This document shows, piece by piece, positions 56,854-60,515 of a stretch of DNA of 60,515 bases. Source of the DNA: Cladosporium halotolerans (taxonomy: Eukaryota); NCBI RefSeq assembly GCF_011745625.1, contig NW_027191473.1:372001-432515 (forward strand), in the 5' to 3' direction. The translations under genes were made by a program, and so were the position numbers. Each line of letters begins with the position of its first letter. The stretch's first letter is position 1. The notes below the pieces were generated by a model. It was given only the letters and a program-made list of their open reading frames with translations, was not told the DNA's origin and ran no database searches.

Positions 56854-58718
56854 ATGCCTCATAGTACATCACAGCCAACCAGGAACTGGTGGCATGAAGC
56901 CAGTATTTACCAGATCTATCCAGCCAGCTTCAAAGACTCTAACGCAGATGGCTTCGGAGATGTTCCTGGCATCATCTCTAAAGTCGACCACATCGCGAGC
57001 CTAGGTGTCGACGCAGTATGGCTATCACCTTGCTACAAGAGCCCCAACGTCGACATGGGCTACGACATTGCTGATTACCGAGAGATCGACCCCCGCTACG
57101 GCAGTGTAGCTGATATCGAGGTGCTTATTGCCAAGCTCAAGGAACATGGCATTAAGCTGTTGATGGACTTGGTGGTGAATCACAGCTCAGACCAGCACGC
57201 TTGGTTTCAGGAGTCGAGAAGCAGCAAGACGAACCCGAAGAGGGACTGGTATGCGACTTGTTAGAATAAGAGCCAGGTTTGGCAGCTAACAGCCATGATA
57301 GGTACATCTGGAAGAAAGGCAAGACTGAGGTCGTCGATGGAAAGGAAGTCCGCTTGCCACCCAACAATTGGGAGTCACTCTTCAAGGGCAGCGCCTGGGA
57401 ATACGACTCCTTGACTGACGAGTTCTACCTCCGCATCTTCGCCAAAGAACAGCCCGACCTCAACTGGGACAACCCAGAACTCCGCCGTGCTGTTCACGAC
57501 GACATGCGCTTCTGGCTCGACAAAGGTATTGGTGGCTTCCGCATGGATGTCATCAACATGATCTCCAAACCCGCCGACTTCCCCGACGCTCCTGTCACCA
57601 ACCCAGCCTCTCCCTGGCAACATGCCGCCTGCGTCTACTGTAACGGCCCCCGCGTCCACGAGTACTTGCAGGAAGTCAAGCGCGAAGTCCTTGACCACTA
57701 CCCCAACGTCATGACCGTCGGCGAGGTCCCCTTCACCTCCGACCCGGCGCTCGTGCGCCAGTACGTCGAGCCCGAGCGCGCCGAGCTCAGCATGCTCTTC
57801 CAATTCGACATCTTCGACATCGACACTGGCCCCGGCGGCAAGTTCACACCCTCCAACTGGAATCTCAAGGACCTCAAGTCCACCATCGCCAAATGGCAGC
57901 AGGCCCTCTCCTTCAGCTCCGGCGCCTGGCAGACTTTCTTCCTCGAATCTCACGACGCTGCACGCTCCGTCACCCGTTTCGGCGACCGCGACCCCGCCAA
58001 CCGCGAACGCGTCGCCAAGCTCCTCGCCCTGATGTCCGTCACGCTCAGCGGCACGCTCTTCATGCATCAGGGGCAGGAGATCGGCCTTGCGAACCTTGCC
58101 GACGACGTGCCCGTCGCCGACTACCCGGACATCGAGACACGGAACTTCTGCCAAACGCTTCGCGAGCAGCGCGAAGCCGAGGCTGGCGGGAAGGAAGTCG
58201 ACATGAGCGACGTCGAGCGCGAGATCCGTCTCAAGGCGCGCGACCACGGCCGCATCCCGATCCCGTGGGACGCGGCGGCGAAGAACGCTGGCTTCTCGGA
58301 GTCGGATAAGGCGCTGCTGTGGACCCCGATGAACACGGATGCGGAGGCGTGCAATGTCGCGGACCAGGACGCGAGGCCGGATTCCGTGCTCAACTTCTGG
58401 CGCAGGATGCTGGCTTTCAGAAAGGAGAAGCGCGAGACGTTGGTCTTTGGAGACTTCGAGCCGCTGGCGCTTGATGACGCGCCGGTGTTTGCGTACAGGC
58501 GGAGGAATCTTGACGTTGGCGGTGGGGAGGATGTTTTGGTCCTGCTGAATATGACGGCGAGTGATGGCGTTGTTGCTACTTTGCCGAGTGATGGTCCCTA
58601 CAAGATTCTGGAGACCACTGGGGCCGGTCAGAAATCGAAGGCTGGTGGTGACATGCGAGGTGGACAGGATGTTTCGCTGGGCGCGTACGAGGGCCTTGTT
58701 CTTGCTTGCTCCAATTGA
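56854..58718 (+). CDS. GH13 alpha-glucosidase (maltase/oligo-1,6-glucosidase type); intron 57249-57301
   Basis: WWHEASIYQIYPASFKDSN, DMGYDI, MDLVVNHSSD, QPDLNW, GFRMDVIN, GEVP, LESHD. No signal peptide evident. Confidence 0.95.
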
Positions 58719-58927
58719 GGGGTGCGTGGCAAAGTAGAGACGTGAATGAATAGGAATCGCATTAAAGGAACATCCATCGAAGTGTTCATTCTGTGAGGGA
58801 AATGCTGTGATGACGGCGCTGCTGCAAGGTAAGGATAGAAGTACTCGCTCAAACGCGCAGACTAGAAGCAAACAACCTCGAGATATACAGACGCCCGACA
58901 GTGCCACTGACTGTGAGAACGTCAGAC

Positions 58928-60040
58928 TCAACTGATCTTTCCAATCCTCTTCTTCGCCACGTCCAGCTTCCCCTGGTGCCTCTCCACATCCTGATCCAGA
59001 ATCCCCAGCATCTCATTCTGCAGCTCCAGCTCTTCGTTGATCATAATACCCATGTCCTTCAGCCGGCTGACCGTCTTCCCCAAGCTCATCACGTCCTCAT
59101 CTTGCTCCCGCATCACCTGCTGCTGTAGCTGAAGCACACCTGAGTTGTCCAGCTCCCTCGTCCGCTCCGTCTCTTTCAGTGGCCCGCCCAACACGCGACC
59201 AGAAGGCTTACTCGCGCCGCGGAACAAGTCTGCTTTGGCTTCCGGTGCGGCAGCGGCGGACGCGCTGGGCGCAGAAGTCTGGTTTGACCGCGCGGGCGCT
59301 GCGCTGCGGAGGACCGCTTCCAGCCCTTCGACTTCTTTCCTCGCTGCGCCTACGAGGTCGCGGCGCCGCCGTATCTCGCCATCACCGAGACGTTTGCCCC
59401 AGCCGGCTTCGTTGCCTTGCTTGGATGTTAGGGAGCGGAGGCCGGAGTCTAGCTGTTCGATGTTGGCTGCGGCGCGCACGAGGGAAGCTTTGGCGTCGGC
59501 GCTGAGAGCGTGCTGGTTTTGGGCGCTTTGGGCGGAGTCGCGGGACTTTAGTTGTTGTCGAGCGGCGTTGATGTGGGATTTCAGGTCGCGGTGGGCTTCG
59601 AGCCAGTCGTTGGGGTCGGTGATGCCGGCGCTACCTCTGCGGCGAGAGGTGGGTGATAGAGAGCCATTCGAGTGCAGGGTGCTAGTGCCGCTGGGGAGGT
59701 TGAGAAAAGCGCGCCATGCGCTGCTGCTTCGCCATTTGGGATCGTTGTCTTCGAGGATTGCCTTCACGTATTTCTCCAGCGCTTGCCGGCGGTCTTCGGT
59801 CAGGCTGTCATTGTTTACTGTCTTCCGTATCCAGCTCTTTGCAGGTAGTGGTGCAGGTGGAGGAGATCCAGTCTGGGATTGTAGCTCGGTGTGAAGGGTG
59901 GTGAAGTCGGTGTAGCGCTTGCGAATCTCATGTTTGCGCAGAGGTAGCTGGAGGACGATGTGGTAAACAGTGTACGGCTTCCCCTCGGCCGGCGTTGCGA
60001 CCGAGGCGTTAGGTATGGAGATGTGAAGAGCAGGCGCCAT
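58928..60040 (-). CDS. VAM7: PX-domain t-SNARE (Vam7-like)
   Basis: PX domain (YTVY...KRYTDFTTLH...PPPAPLPAK...RRQALEKY) plus C-terminal Qc-SNARE (LQLQQQVMREQD...INEELELQNEML); no TM anchor. Confidence 0.88.
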   Translation of the reverse strand: MAPALHISIPNASVATPAEGKPYTVYHIVLQLPLRKHEIRKRYTDFTTLHTELQSQTGSPPPAPLPAKSWIRKTVNNDSLTEDRRQALEKYVKAILEDNDPKWRSSSAWRAFLNLPSGTSTLHSNGSLSPTSRRRGSAGITDPNDWLEAHRDLKSHINAARQQLKSRDSAQSAQNQHALSADAKASLVRAAANIEQLDSGLRSLTSKQGNEAGWGKRLGDGEIRRRRDLVGAARKEVEGLEAVLRSAAPARSNQTSAPSASAAAAPEAKADLFRGASKPSGRVLGGPLKETERTRELDNSGVLQLQQQVMREQDEDVMSLGKTVSRLKDMGIMINEELELQNEMLGILDQDVERHQGKLDVAKKRIGKIS

Positions 60041-60451
60041 AGTGGTACCGGCGCGTGAATGGTGCTACAGTGCTAAATCATGTCACCACCAAGGCGTTAT
60101 CTTGAGCAGATACTGTACCCTGGTGGTCTGCGATGCCGTGCCGCTGCCTAGACTACGGCCGTGCTCGTCCCGTATATTGCTCTCGGTCGCTGCCGGTTCG
60201 CTTGTGAGCTGCAATCTGCTTCCTGTGAGCTGCAGATTGGCTTTGGTGCATGGATATGCACGAGGAAGCAGGGTGCCAAAGACGGCGAGCTCTCAAGCAA
60301 ACTGCGCAATCATGTTGTCGACCTTGATCACCTGCAGTGACCACGGCGAATGGACGTCATCGGCAGACAGCCAATCAGAAGACACCGGCACTGGCCGGCG
60401 CTAGCTGCGGGCGAAATCTATAGGGTTGCCTATCTAGGTAATTTTGGCGCT

Positions 60452-60515
<64 letters not shown>
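60452..60515. repeat. Terminal poly-G run (64 nt), probable sequencing/assembly artefact
   Basis: Pure G homopolymer running to the window end. Confidence 0.8.

Noticed and set aside
57375..58931. 518-aa minus-strand ORF antisense to the GH13 gene
   Set aside because: Codon-bias shadow of the real CDS with no independent features.
60452..60515. Poly-G tract as a G-quadruplex or other biological element
   Set aside because: A pure homopolymer at the sequence end is characteristic of a sequencing or assembly artefact.

Overview
Gene-dense eukaryotic DNA from a filamentous ascomycete, judged from short GT-AG introns with CTRAC/CTAAC branch sites and Pezizomycotina-type proteins (Dothideomycete affinity is only an inference). 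I reconstructed 26 protein-coding genes by hand, and every spliced model sums to whole codons. Housekeeping genes: PIN4 parvulin, ALKBH6-like, PAM18, RLP24, MOT1, RGP1, RPS6, PRS, myotubularin YMR1, SPO22/ZIP4, RVB1, ISA1, DSC3, an RCC1-repeat protein, Rab5/VPS21, PI-PLC and VAM7. Also present: a GPI-anchored CFEM protein, two MFS sugar porters, a MAL-like transporter/Zn2Cys6/GH13 cluster, and an acyl-CoA synthetase/DUF3074/thioesterase/FMO block. Most notable: (1) a sugar-porter gene that can only be read in frame through a [D1,2] spliceosomal twin intron (stwintron) plus a 4-nt microexon followed by a GC-AG intron; (2) a ~340-nt structured intergenic RNA candidate with a bipartite guide matching the LSU rRNA pseudouridine site targeted by yeast snR42, downstream of two telo-box motifs; (3) a putative peroxisomal acyl-CoA module (PTS2 + PTS1 + FarA/B sites); (4) a helically phased PacC-site array upstream of a CFEM gene that retains the heme-ligand Asp. 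No transposon, CRISPR, rRNA or tRNA was recognised. The terminal poly-G is probably an artefact.
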